Positions 9,136-17,703 of a stretch of DNA of 64,000 bases are shown here, in pieces; positions within the stretch are counted from its first letter, which is position 1; each line of letters begins with the position of its first letter. Source of the DNA: a candidate division WWE3 bacterium (GTDB taxonomy: Bacteria > Patescibacteriota > WWE3 > UBA101185 > UBA10185); assembly GCA_014729135.1 (NCBI GenBank), contig WJKK01000001.1:128593-192592 (forward strand). The letters are read 5' to 3'. The translations under genes were made by a program, and so were the position numbers. The notes under the pieces are model-generated. The model had not been told where the DNA came from. It did no database searches and saw only the letters and a program-made list of their open reading frames with translations.

Positions 9136-9230
9136 AGTCGCTTCCTGCGACTTGTTAGGTATAACAAAAAGCTCACTCATGCTCGCTTTTTGTTAAACCT
9201 TAAAGGTTTTCTTACGAAAACACTTTAAGG
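9136..9230 (+). repeat. Hairpin-cassette array C, right part
   Basis: Remainder of the split hairpin plus two more; the last pairs into the 5' GG of tRNA-Ala. Confidence 0.75.
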
Positions 9231-9305
9231 GCCGTTAGCTCAGATGGCTAGAGCACTACATTCGCATTGTAGAGGTCGTGGGTTCGAATCCCGCACGGTC
9301 CACCA
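9229..9305 (+). tRNA. tRNA-Ala(CGC)
   Basis: G3:U70 pair, anticodon loop TTCGCAT, ACCA end. Confidence 0.95.
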
Positions 9306-9320
9306 TGCTAAAATTAAGAC

Positions 9321-10352
9321 ATGCCTAAAATGAAACCAGCAGCACACCAGGAACGACCAAAACCAATAGAAACACAAAGAGATGACCCCTTAGCAAGGAT
9401 TCGAGAAGAAATCCCACCTTACCGCGAAACTTCAGGCTTAGAAAAAGAACCTTATGGATTACATCCGGATGACGCTCACTTAGGGCGCTATCTAGCTTTA
9501 AAAACACACGTAGCTACTAAAGAGCGAAGCCCTGAAGGCTGGGATGTGTACATAAACAACAATGCAAATTTTAGACTACCTGAAGAGTGGTTCCAAAGCA
9601 ACGCGGAAAGAGAAGAAACAGAACTGGAAACTCTCTCTAAAAGAACCACACATTTTCTAGCAAAACTAGGAAAAAACCGAGGAGGCTCTCTAACAGAATT
9701 TACCCAAGCCTGTCTCAAAGACGCTCAAAGACAAGAAGCCCTGGCCAGACTGTTACAGGCCTTCCCTAAGATAAGCCTAAACATCGCAACAGAGTACATT
9801 CCATTTGCACTTGACCGCCTTTCAGCAGCTCTTGACGAAGATGCAGAATTAGCAATTTTAATAGCTGAGGGAGAAATTGAGGCCTTAGGTAAAAACATGG
9901 GGGTACTTACACCGGGAATAGTCCTGAAACCAGAGGGAGGAAGAAAAGAGGCGGCTCTTTTAGCGCATAAAATGGAAGCGCTATTTCAAGATTGTGCAGA
10001 AGAGATAAGAGGAGGATCTCTTCCAAGGGAAACCGGGAATTTAGTACTTGTAGAAACAGGTAGAAAATCTCTCGAAAAAACCTTACTAGCAAATGCCCCC
10101 GGCGTTGTAGAAAAGGCTGCGGCAGAACCGCCCCCGCATCTTTCGGAAGCATGGACACGTGCCCCCGAGCAAGTTGAAGAATATCCCCTTGAACAGTTGG
10201 AAAAGGACATACAGCTCCTGGAAAAATTCGAAGAGAATTACGACCCAAAGGAGATACGGAATCAGTGGAGGGAAGCCCTGGAAGAAAAACCATATCCGGA
10301 ACAAAGGCGAGAGGCCGTTGAAAAACTCCTGTATGGAGAAGAAAAAAGCTAA
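9321..10352 (+). CDS. Hypothetical protein
   Basis: 343-aa ORF with TGcTAAAAT 6 nt upstream; no recognised motif. Confidence 0.75.
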   Translation: MPKMKPAAHQERPKPIETQRDDPLARIREEIPPYRETSGLEKEPYGLHPDDAHLGRYLALKTHVATKERSPEGWDVYINNNANFRLPEEWFQSNAEREETELETLSKRTTHFLAKLGKNRGGSLTEFTQACLKDAQRQEALARLLQAFPKISLNIATEYIPFALDRLSAALDEDAELAILIAEGEIEALGKNMGVLTPGIVLKPEGGRKEAALLAHKMEALFQDCAEEIRGGSLPRETGNLVLVETGRKSLEKTLLANAPGVVEKAAAEPPPHLSEAWTRAPEQVEEYPLEQLEKDIQLLEKFEENYDPKEIRNQWREALEEKPYPEQRREAVEKLLYGEEKS

Positions 10353-10394
10353 AGCGCTTTCAAATCCCCAAACAACCCCCTATACTATAAATAC

Positions 10395-10991
10395 ATGGGA
10401 ATATATAGCTTAAAAACAACTCTGGAACGAGAAGAAATAGGTCTCGGCTCCTTCCTAAACCCAAAGCACACAAGAGGCATAGGACGTCCAACAGAAAAAA
10501 GGGCAAGTGCAGAGGACGTGGAAAAAAAACAAGTGCAACTCTCCCCAGAGGCCAAGACACGCTTCAAAACAACAGCCACAGGAACCCTCCTGGAAATACA
10601 CCAACAACATGGCGGAAAACCCCAAGAACAAAGAAGACAAGCGCTAGAAATAAGAAAACAACTTGGAGAATACCTAGGTCCTGAAGAACTCAAAGAAGTT
10701 GCGGCAGGAGCAGCCCTCCTTTTAGCAATACAACAAACAGAAGATTATTCGGGCTATCTTGAAGAGAAAGCAGGAATAGTACTAACAGGAAAATTTGCCT
10801 ATAAAGCTGAACTAAAAACAGAGGAAGGGTCGCAAATGCAAGTACAAAACCTCTCCACGGAAGAAGAACCAACTCTCCAAATAACCCTTGGAGATGAACT
10901 TTTTAACGCAACTACAGGAGAACCCAATGCAAATCTTGGAGAAAAAATAGAAAGAGCCTTGAGGGAGGCGGAAATTACACCAAGAACTTAA
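10395..10991 (+). CDS. Hypothetical protein
   Basis: 198-aa ORF with TATACT just upstream. Confidence 0.7.
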   Translation: MGIYSLKTTLEREEIGLGSFLNPKHTRGIGRPTEKRASAEDVEKKQVQLSPEAKTRFKTTATGTLLEIHQQHGGKPQEQRRQALEIRKQLGEYLGPEELKEVAAGAALLLAIQQTEDYSGYLEEKAGIVLTGKFAYKAELKTEEGSQMQVQNLSTEEEPTLQITLGDELFNATTGEPNANLGEKIERALREAEITPRT

Positions 10992-11881
10992 AGCGTAACC
11001 AACTCCACCTTCTGACCACTCTCCTCAACACCGGCATACTCCAAATAACGCTCCGTAGTAGAAACCCTCTTATGCCCCACAACCTTAGAAACATAAGCCA
11101 AACTCACATCATTCTTCAGCTGCTGTGCAATAAACGTATGGCGCAAATCATTCACCGTAGCATCATCAATATCGGCCTTCTCAAAGTAACGATTAATAGT
11201 AGAACGAATATTTCGCACCAACATAGGATTTCCCGTACGCGTAATAAACAAAAATTCACTCTCCTGGTCCTCACGACCCTCATCAATATAACGCTTTATA
11301 GCAGCCTGGGCGATCTCATTCAAAGGAACCGTACGTTCATTTTTAGAACCTCTAGCAGGAATATATAAGTAAGGATCCTTACCTTCCGTGGAAGCAGTTT
11401 TTTCAGTATCCATGTGGAGGTGTGCCAGCTTTATACCGGCAATTTCAGAAATAGAAATTCCTGTTTGCAAAAAGACCTCTATTAAAGCATAAGTGCGCAA
11501 ATCGCCACGAGCCACATCCCTTAAAGCGCGATACTCCAGTGCGGACAAAATTCTAGGAGGGGACACCTTAACCTCAGGATGCTCCAGCCGAGAGGCAGGA
11601 TCATCACTCACATATCTTTTAGTATCAAGGAAGGAAAAGAAAGTCTTTGTAGAGTTAGTCTTTCGAGAAATAGTCTTATTGGTATAGCCCTTCTCCGCAA
11701 AGTGCTCCATGAAATCCTCCAAATCCTCCAGAGAGACATCATTAGGATCAGTAATCCCATTTTTCTCCATAAAATTAGCCAATTGCTCAATATCCTTGCT
11801 GTAAGCAATTAGAGTAGAGTTTGCTCTTCCAAGCTCCTCCAAATATTTAACAAATTGTTTTCTAGCTTCTTTTAGATTCAT
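10988..11881 (-). CDS. XerC/XerD-like tyrosine recombinase with degenerate active site
   Basis: SAM-like N-domain (TLIAYSKDIEQL), KNERTVPL, DLRHTF, VGH, TTERY; GISISE replaces GxRxxE. Confidence 0.9.
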   Translation of the reverse strand: MNLKEARKQFVKYLEELGRANSTLIAYSKDIEQLANFMEKNGITDPNDVSLEDLEDFMEHFAEKGYTNKTISRKTNSTKTFFSFLDTKRYVSDDPASRLEHPEVKVSPPRILSALEYRALRDVARGDLRTYALIEVFLQTGISISEIAGIKLAHLHMDTEKTASTEGKDPYLYIPARGSKNERTVPLNEIAQAAIKRYIDEGREDQESEFLFITRTGNPMLVRNIRSTINRYFEKADIDDATVNDLRHTFIAQQLKNDVSLAYVSKVVGHKRVSTTERYLEYAGVEESGQKVELVTL

Positions 11882-11983
11882 TATTTTTATCGTATTCTAA
11901 GGCAGAAATTAGTAACATAAACTTATCCTATAGACTACCATAACACTTGTATTCCGTCAACTCTTTACTTACAATGACACTGA

Positions 11984-12351
11984 TGCACATTACTGCCCGA
12001 CTAAAGTATATCCTTTTAACTATCCTGTTTATTGCGGGTTCGGTTAACATGATTTCCACTACAAAAAAGGTGATAAAGAGTAGTAAACGCCTTAATGAGG
12101 CGGAGGAGAATGTTTTGTCTTTAAAGGAGGAGCAGCGGGGGCTTTTGGAGGAGATTAAGTATAAGGAGACAACGGAGTATGTGGGGGAGGTGGCGCGAGA
12201 TCAGTTGGGTTTGATTAAGCCGGGTGAGGAGGTTTATATTTATCCTGATACTGAAGGGGATTTTGAGGGGGCGGTCTCTATGGAGGGGTCTTGGCGGCGT
12301 TCTGAGGAGTTGGCTCCTTGGCGGCAGTGGGTGAAGTTGGTTTTTTGGTAA
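11984..12351 (+). CDS. Septum formation initiator (DivIC/FtsB-like)
   Basis: TM, coiled coil and ARDQLGLIKPGE; start ATG 7 nt after TACAAT. Confidence 0.85.
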
Positions 12352-12395
12352 GGCTAGTGGTTGCTGGCTCTGTTTTTGGTGGTAGTAAAAGGGAG

Positions 12396-12472
12396 TGGTG
12401 CCAACGCCTGGGATCGAACCAGGGACCTGGCGCTTATGAAACGCCCGCTCTTACCGACTGAGCTACGTTGGC
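12396..12472 (-). tRNA. tRNA with CAT anticodon (probably elongator Met; Ile2 not excluded)
   Basis: GCCAACG/CGTTGGC acceptor, loop TTCATAA, ACCA end. Confidence 0.9.
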
Positions 12473-12532
12473 TTACCTGCAGTGCATGAGGGATTATACC
12501 AAGTTTTTGTGGGGATGGTGTGGGTGAGGTGT

Positions 12533-12611
12533 TGTCATTCCGTGATTGATACGGAATCCGGAAGGACCTTGTGGGTTGCGGAATTGTCATTCCGTGCTTG
12601 ACACGGAATCT
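12533..12611. repeat. Two tandem GTCAT-tagged REP-like palindromes
   Basis: TGTCATTCCGTG-N4-AYACGGAATC at 12533 and 12585. Confidence 0.85.
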
Positions 12612-12634
12612 GTGTTTCATACGGTGAACACCCC

Positions 12635-12822
12635 TTAGTTTGCAAAGTTCGCCTTTGGCGAGACTTTGGTTCACAAGTTGAGTACAACTTGTGAGGTAAC
12701 AAATAAAACCTACCTTGTTACCGCAGCTCATCTTTTGCTACGCAAAAGATTCGGGCGCAGCTAAATTCTCCTGTTCAGTCGAATTTACCTGATCCATTCG
12801 GGTCGCTACGCGACACGAATGG
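12635..12822 (-). repeat. Hairpin-cassette array D (tRNA-fMet trailer)
   Basis: Six hairpins, four shared with arrays B, C or E. Confidence 0.88.
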
Positions 12823-12893
12823 TTGCGGGGCCCGGATTCGAACCGGGGTCTTCAGATTATGAGCCTGACGAGGTACCGCTCCTCCACCCCGCG
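12820..12893 (-). tRNA. Initiator tRNA-fMet(CAT)
   Basis: CGCGGGG start, C1:A72 mismatch, loop CTCATAA, AACCA end. Confidence 0.93.
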
Positions 12894-12994
12894 CTAAACA
12901 TTGAAAATCGTAACAAAAAAGCTAGACCCTGTCAAAAAAGCAAATTCTTAGAAAAAGGGCGCAGACTTAGACCCATGCTAAAATAAATCCCACT

Positions 12995-13834
12995 ATGCAA
13001 AAAGCCCTACAAAAACTCAAAACCCAAGTTTGTGATTTAAAAAATCCCCAAAAACTACCCGGAAAAAAATTTAAAAGCTTTATAGAGAACACCCAAGTAG
13101 CCTTAATGGCGGGTGGCCAAGGAACACGTTTCCGAGAGGTTTTAGAATCCAAGGAAGTCAATAAAAACGCGCATAAACTACCTAATGGCGAAACCATGAT
13201 TGAACGCACTATTAAAATGTACGCCAAAGCGGGAATTAAAAACTTCATTGCCCTTGTTTACCACAGTTCCAATTCTATAATAGAAAAGTTGGGAAACGGT
13301 GAAAAGTTAGGTGTTGAAATCACTTATAGTCACGACCCGGATCGTCCCGTCGGTAAGGGAGGAGCTGTTCTAAACGCTTTGCAAAACGGCAGTATTGATC
13401 CAACTAAAAACTTAATAGTACACAATCCGGACGATGTGATTGTCAATTTCGAGCAGGATTTCGTAAAACATATAATTTCAGGGCACATACAAAACGTACA
13501 GCAAGGGGCTGAGGCTAGTATTGTAGTGGTAGAAGAAACTCCTTACCCTTTTACCGGAATGAAAATCAAAGAAAACAAAGTGGAGGAAGTGGAAATGTAT
13601 CCCCTGATTCCAATACCTACACACATTGGTGTCACTATCTTTTCACCAGAAGTTTTCAAGTATTTTCCGAAATTATTTGATTTGACAAAAAAGTCCGATT
13701 TTGAAAAAGTACTCTTCCCGATTCTATCAAAAGAAAAAAAGCTCTATGCTGTAAGCATTCCCGGTGACTCCTGGATTGCAGTAAATAACCTTAAAACATA
13801 CAAAAAATTTGTCGAATACCTTCAAAAAAGCTAA
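12995..13834 (+). CDS. Sugar-phosphate nucleotidyltransferase family protein
   Basis: LMAGGQGTRF, GKGGAV, NPDD motifs. Confidence 0.88.
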   Translation: MQKALQKLKTQVCDLKNPQKLPGKKFKSFIENTQVALMAGGQGTRFREVLESKEVNKNAHKLPNGETMIERTIKMYAKAGIKNFIALVYHSSNSIIEKLGNGEKLGVEITYSHDPDRPVGKGGAVLNALQNGSIDPTKNLIVHNPDDVIVNFEQDFVKHIISGHIQNVQQGAEASIVVVEETPYPFTGMKIKENKVEEVEMYPLIPIPTHIGVTIFSPEVFKYFPKLFDLTKKSDFEKVLFPILSKEKKLYAVSIPGDSWIAVNNLKTYKKFVEYLQKS

Positions 13835-13890
13835 ATCAATGTTAAAATCATAACTGCTTTTGAATATTTAGAGAGAAAACAAGCAACTTA

Positions 13891-13981
13891 GGAGGGATGC
13901 GAGAGCGGTCAAATCGGCTCGCCTGGAAAGCGACGCGCTGCATAAAGCGGCACGGGGGTTCGAATCCCCCTCCCTCCGCCA
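13891..13981 (+). tRNA. tRNA-Ser(GGA)
   Basis: Loop CTGGAAA, long variable arm, GCCA end. Confidence 0.95.
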
Positions 13982-14211
13982 TTAAAGTGCCTAAGGCACT
14001 TTAATGCGCTTGTCAAAATGAAAAAAGGAATAATTTCATTTTGACATGCCTGCAAAGTCTCGCCAAAGACGAACTTTGCATACTAGAAAATTTAGCTGCA
14101 ACGTAAAAGTTCCTGGAACTTTCCGGATCTTCCAAAATTGTAAATTTTGGAAGCACCTTCAAGTGTAGCGAAGCTACCTTGAATAGCTTTTGCGCAACAA
14201 AAGGTGAGCTC
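13979..14211 (+). repeat. Hairpin-cassette array E (tRNA-Ser(GGA) trailer)
   Basis: 14089-14211 nearly identical to 6600-6723; proximal modules differ. Confidence 0.9.
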
Positions 14212-14228
14212 CCTAAACGAATAAAAAC

Positions 14229-14552
14229 TTATTCAATCCACACAGAATCAATGACATATGTCTTAACGGCTACTCTTAAAGAAGCATCTACTAGAGCCTT
14301 GACTTCTCTTAATAAAACTTCAGCCCAGCCTCGGATCTTATCTCGCCTGGGAGGAGAAGTTTCTCCTCTCAATAAAAGATCTGGAGCATTCTTGGGTACA
14401 GGAGACAACCAAGGCTCGTAACCCACAATAATACTTTCAGGCTGCTTATCTAGCGAAGTCGAAGTAACCTCGATAATTTTATCTGTAAGTTCGTTTTCTA
14501 AATTTCCGGTGAAATCTTCGGAAGCTTTGTACTTTACTATAATTGTAGACAT
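14229..14552 (-). CDS. Hypothetical protein, possibly tautomerase/MIF-like fold
   Basis: 107 aa with beta-alpha-beta pattern; TATAAT 9 nt upstream. Confidence 0.6.
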   Translation of the reverse strand: MSTIIVKYKASEDFTGNLENELTDKIIEVTSTSLDKQPESIIVGYEPWLSPVPKNAPDLLLRGETSPPRRDKIRGWAEVLLREVKALVDASLRVAVKTYVIDSVWIE

Positions 14553-14596
14553 GTTAACCTCATTATACCTTTATCAAGAGCTTACGCCAACAGCAG

Positions 14597-14621
14597 GATC
14601 CTGACTTTCGTCAGGATGACA
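14597..14621. repeat. GTCAT-tagged REP-like palindrome
   Basis: GATCCTGACTTTCGTCAGGATGAC identical to 6731-6754. Confidence 0.85.
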
Positions 14622-14670
14622 GAAAAATCCCCAAGCAAAAAACCTAATTAGAAATTTCCGACATCAACAG

Positions 14671-15828
14671 CTACTCCCCAAACAAAAACCTCTGCACATA
14701 AGCACGCACCTGAGAATAATCCCCACTCTTAGGCAACAAAACATACTTTCCGCCATATAAACTTGCATCCACCGGAGAATACAAAAGACCCCCCTCCTCC
14801 GCTAAACTACGATCATCCAAAACAATTGTCCTAACCCCTTCAAAATTAATCTCCTGAGACAAAACATAAAAATCCTGCAACGTAGCAAAATCCATATTTG
14901 TAGAAACACTATCCTTGTAAATCCCGTACAACTCCGCTAGCTTTTTAGGATTAATTAATGTCTCCAAAGAAGTAGCCTTATCCTTTAAAGACATGATCAC
15001 CTTTTGCTGGCGAGCAGAACGAGCAAAATCCGTATTTTCCCCATTAGTCCCTTTACGAGAGCGCACAAACTCTAAAGCCGTTTTTCCATCCATTGTTTGG
15101 TTACCTGACTCAAACGAAACATGCTTATAACGACAAGGGAAAATTTGCGCTGTCCCATATTCCGCTTCCACCATCTCCGCAATCTCTTCAGAAGTACGCC
15201 CGCATAAATCCGCCTCCTTACCCTCCACAGGATAATTGTAATCATCAAAAGCAGTTTCCACATTGACCTCTACACCCTCTAAAGCATCAATAACCTCTAC
15301 AAACAAATCGAAATTAACAACGCCATAATAGTGAATTGGAATCCCCAAAACATCCTCCACACTTTCCTGCAAAACTTCTACAGGCTCTTCGTCGGTGTAA
15401 TAGGCGTAGGCATAAACCTCGTTTATCTTGCATTTACCACAAACCTCACTAGAAACCCAAAGATCGCGAGGCAAGGAAATTAAAACAATGTTGTTATCTA
15501 AGCGCCCAATGGAAGCCACCAGAATAGTATCTGCTCTTTCAGGAGAATCTTGATCGTCAGCAGCGCGCCTGTCAGAACCAAGCAACAAAAGATTAGTTCG
15601 CCCGTCGGTTTCCTTTAACTCAACGCCATTAACTGTAGCTACAACTGAAACGGGGTCAAAAAGAGCTTTTACCTGATCACTAAAAAGAAAAATCGATCCT
15701 CCCGCTACTACAAAAAAAACCAGCAAAACCACCAAATATTTCCACACCTTTGTACCCTTTTTTGAAGGATTCTTGCCGGTTTTAGAGGCATGTTTATTCT
15801 TATTTTTCTTTAAATCAGGATAACGCAT
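14671..15828 (-). CDS. LCP (LytR-CpsA-Psr) family protein
   Basis: NLLLLGSD, RADTI, SLPRDL, KINEVY, FVRSR, DFARSARQQ motifs. Confidence 0.95.
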   Translation of the reverse strand: MRYPDLKKNKNKHASKTGKNPSKKGTKVWKYLVVLLVFFVVAGGSIFLFSDQVKALFDPVSVVATVNGVELKETDGRTNLLLLGSDRRAADDQDSPERADTILVASIGRLDNNIVLISLPRDLWVSSEVCGKCKINEVYAYAYYTDEEPVEVLQESVEDVLGIPIHYYGVVNFDLFVEVIDALEGVEVNVETAFDDYNYPVEGKEADLCGRTSEEIAEMVEAEYGTAQIFPCRYKHVSFESGNQTMDGKTALEFVRSRKGTNGENTDFARSARQQKVIMSLKDKATSLETLINPKKLAELYGIYKDSVSTNMDFATLQDFYVLSQEINFEGVRTIVLDDRSLAEEGGLLYSPVDASLYGGKYVLLPKSGDYSQVRAYVQRFLFGE

Positions 15829-15843
15829 TTGCTTTAAGTAAAA

Positions 15844-16533
15844 TTAATTCCAGCTCTTGACCAACTCTAAAAAATGATAAGGATCTAAGCTTGCCTGCCC
15901 CACTAAAACTCCGTCAAGGGCTTCTATAGCAGCCAAATCACTTACGTTGTCTTTATTTACCGAACCACCATACAACACTATAGCCCCTTTTGGCAAGGAA
16001 TTCTTCATGTTTGTTACGGTTTCTTTAATTTTGGCTATAGGAGCTTTCTTATATTCTCCCCCTGCGGAAATGTTTTGAGGATCCTCCCAAGCTAAGATGA
16101 CGCCCTCCTTGTAGAAAAATTCAGCTTGTTCAGGTGAGGTGAAGCAGATAATGGGAGTTATGCCATGTTCTAAAGCTTTATCTCTTTTTGCTGCAACTAA
16201 AGCGGGAGCTTCTGCGCGTTCACTGTGACCTACAATGGAGTATTTGCAGTAGTCTTTTACTTGAAAGGCACCTATTTCGCCTGTGTGAGAACCTTTTGAG
16301 TCTGCGGACACGTTTTGAGTTGCTAAGTTTACTTTGGTGGAGGCATTTTTGGAAAGGTCTTTTAAGGAGTTTTGCAAGTCCGAAAGGTGAAGTGCTGTAG
16401 GCGCAAGGATTGTTTGAACGCCACTGACATCTTTTTCTGATAGCGCGGAAAATTCAGTTTTAAACTTAGCAGCCCAATCCAAAACATCATCCCGCGACAT
16501 TTTCATCTTCCAATTAGCAATTACATACTTCAT
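15844..16533 (-). CDS. tpiA: Triosephosphate isomerase (divergent)
   Basis: ANWKM, HTGE, VGHSER, LYGGSV, DGVLVG; start taken at MKYVIANWK. Confidence 0.92.
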   Translation of the reverse strand: MKYVIANWKMKMSRDDVLDWAAKFKTEFSALSEKDVSGVQTILAPTALHLSDLQNSLKDLSKNASTKVNLATQNVSADSKGSHTGEIGAFQVKDYCKYSIVGHSERAEAPALVAAKRDKALEHGITPIICFTSPEQAEFFYKEGVILAWEDPQNISAGGEYKKAPIAKIKETVTNMKNSLPKGAIVLYGGSVNKDNVSDLAAIEALDGVLVGQASLDPYHFLELVKSWN

Positions 16534-17420
16534 AAATTTTCCAAATCCTCCATTAAACTTTTTACCAAATTGGGAATATTTTCCAATTCCTCGTGTGTAT
16601 AGACATATCCTAAAGCATTTAAACAGGAGAACACAACTCCCGGGTCGGAATAAATTTCCTCCGCATACGTACAAGCAACTAAACTATGAACTAAAACGTT
16701 TCCGGAAGTTTCCCCTACCTGAGACTTATCACATCCCATAGGACATCCAACACAGGAGGGATTATCCGCCGGAGAAATTTTAAGCTTTTGGGCTTCATTA
16801 AAGAGCTTAAGATACAATTTCCCGTAACGGGAAATGCCTTCAATATCAAAAGAAGAGTCGGCGTTTATTAGCAACCCTCCTAAGTTACGCTTTGCAAATA
16901 AAAAGGAGAGCAAATGATCTTTGGTATGAAAATAATCATCTAAAAGTAAGTGCTCCTTAAAACTTAACAAAGAGCTTCTTCCCGGAAGAGACTTTCCTGA
17001 AAACTCCTCAAAAGAGTCATAAAAGTTAACAGCACCTGAAGTTATTTCTGTAAAAACAGGAGTCTTAGACTTCCCCAAAATAACAACAGCATCCAAACCA
17101 ATAAAGCGAAGACGTGAAGACAAACTGCCTCCTAAATAAAGTTCCGTAAGACCTTTCCTGCCGGGATTAATTATAGAATTGGACTCTGTAGCAAGATCTA
17201 AATTGGATCCCGTTAAAACACAAGTCTTAGAAACATACGGAAAAAGGCCGTTTAAAGGACCAATAGAAAAAATCAAAGGATCCTCATCGGCATGCATTTG
17301 CAAAAGCTTTAATCCCAAAGCCAATCCACCCAGATAAGCGTGCAAATCGGGATACGTCTTAACGTTAAAGGTCTTATCGGAAAGATTGATATAAAGAACT
17401 TTTCTATTCGAGAAGTTCAT
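16530..17420 (-). CDS. Short aldehyde:ferredoxin oxidoreductase (AOR/GAPOR)-like protein
   Basis: AFOR N-domain (LYINLS, YLGGLALG, FSIGPLNG, GLDAVVILGKS) and CxxCxxxC. Confidence 0.8.
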   Translation of the reverse strand: MNFSNRKVLYINLSDKTFNVKTYPDLHAYLGGLALGLKLLQMHADEDPLIFSIGPLNGLFPYVSKTCVLTGSNLDLATESNSIINPGRKGLTELYLGGSLSSRLRFIGLDAVVILGKSKTPVFTEITSGAVNFYDSFEEFSGKSLPGRSSLLSFKEHLLLDDYFHTKDHLLSFLFAKRNLGGLLINADSSFDIEGISRYGKLYLKLFNEAQKLKISPADNPSCVGCPMGCDKSQVGETSGNVLVHSLVACTYAEEIYSDPGVVFSCLNALGYVYTHEELENIPNLVKSLMEDLENL

Positions 17421-17655
17421 AATCGTCTACTTCCCGAACCTCGTAAACTCCTTGTGGGCATATGTCTCGAATTTTTTCCACATCTAAAGTGTTAACTTGA
17501 GGGTCTAAAACTATGGAAAACTTGGTTCCTTCTCTGAAAACACGAATGAAGGCGCCTTCAAGGCCTACTTTTCCTAGTTGACGCTGCGAGTCCATGACGC
17601 ACATTTCGCAGCCTATGCATTTTTCCGGAAAGACCGGTTTTAAGATTTTAGTCAT
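17404..17655 (-). CDS. 4Fe-4S ferredoxin-like protein
   Basis: CIGCEMC plus distal ICP. Confidence 0.85.
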   Translation of the reverse strand: MTKILKPVFPEKCIGCEMCVMDSQRQLGKVGLEGAFIRVFREGTKFSIVLDPQVNTLDVEKIRDICPQGVYEVREVDDYELLE

Positions 17656-17703
17656 AAAGTTTTGTAACGTTTACTTTCCTACTACAGATTCCTTTTGAAA
17701 AAC

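Noticed and set aside
4175-11881. Integrative element from tmRNA to the Xer-like gene
   Set aside because: No duplicated tmRNA/tRNA 3' end was found, core tRNAs lie inside, and the recombinase lacks its catalytic Arg
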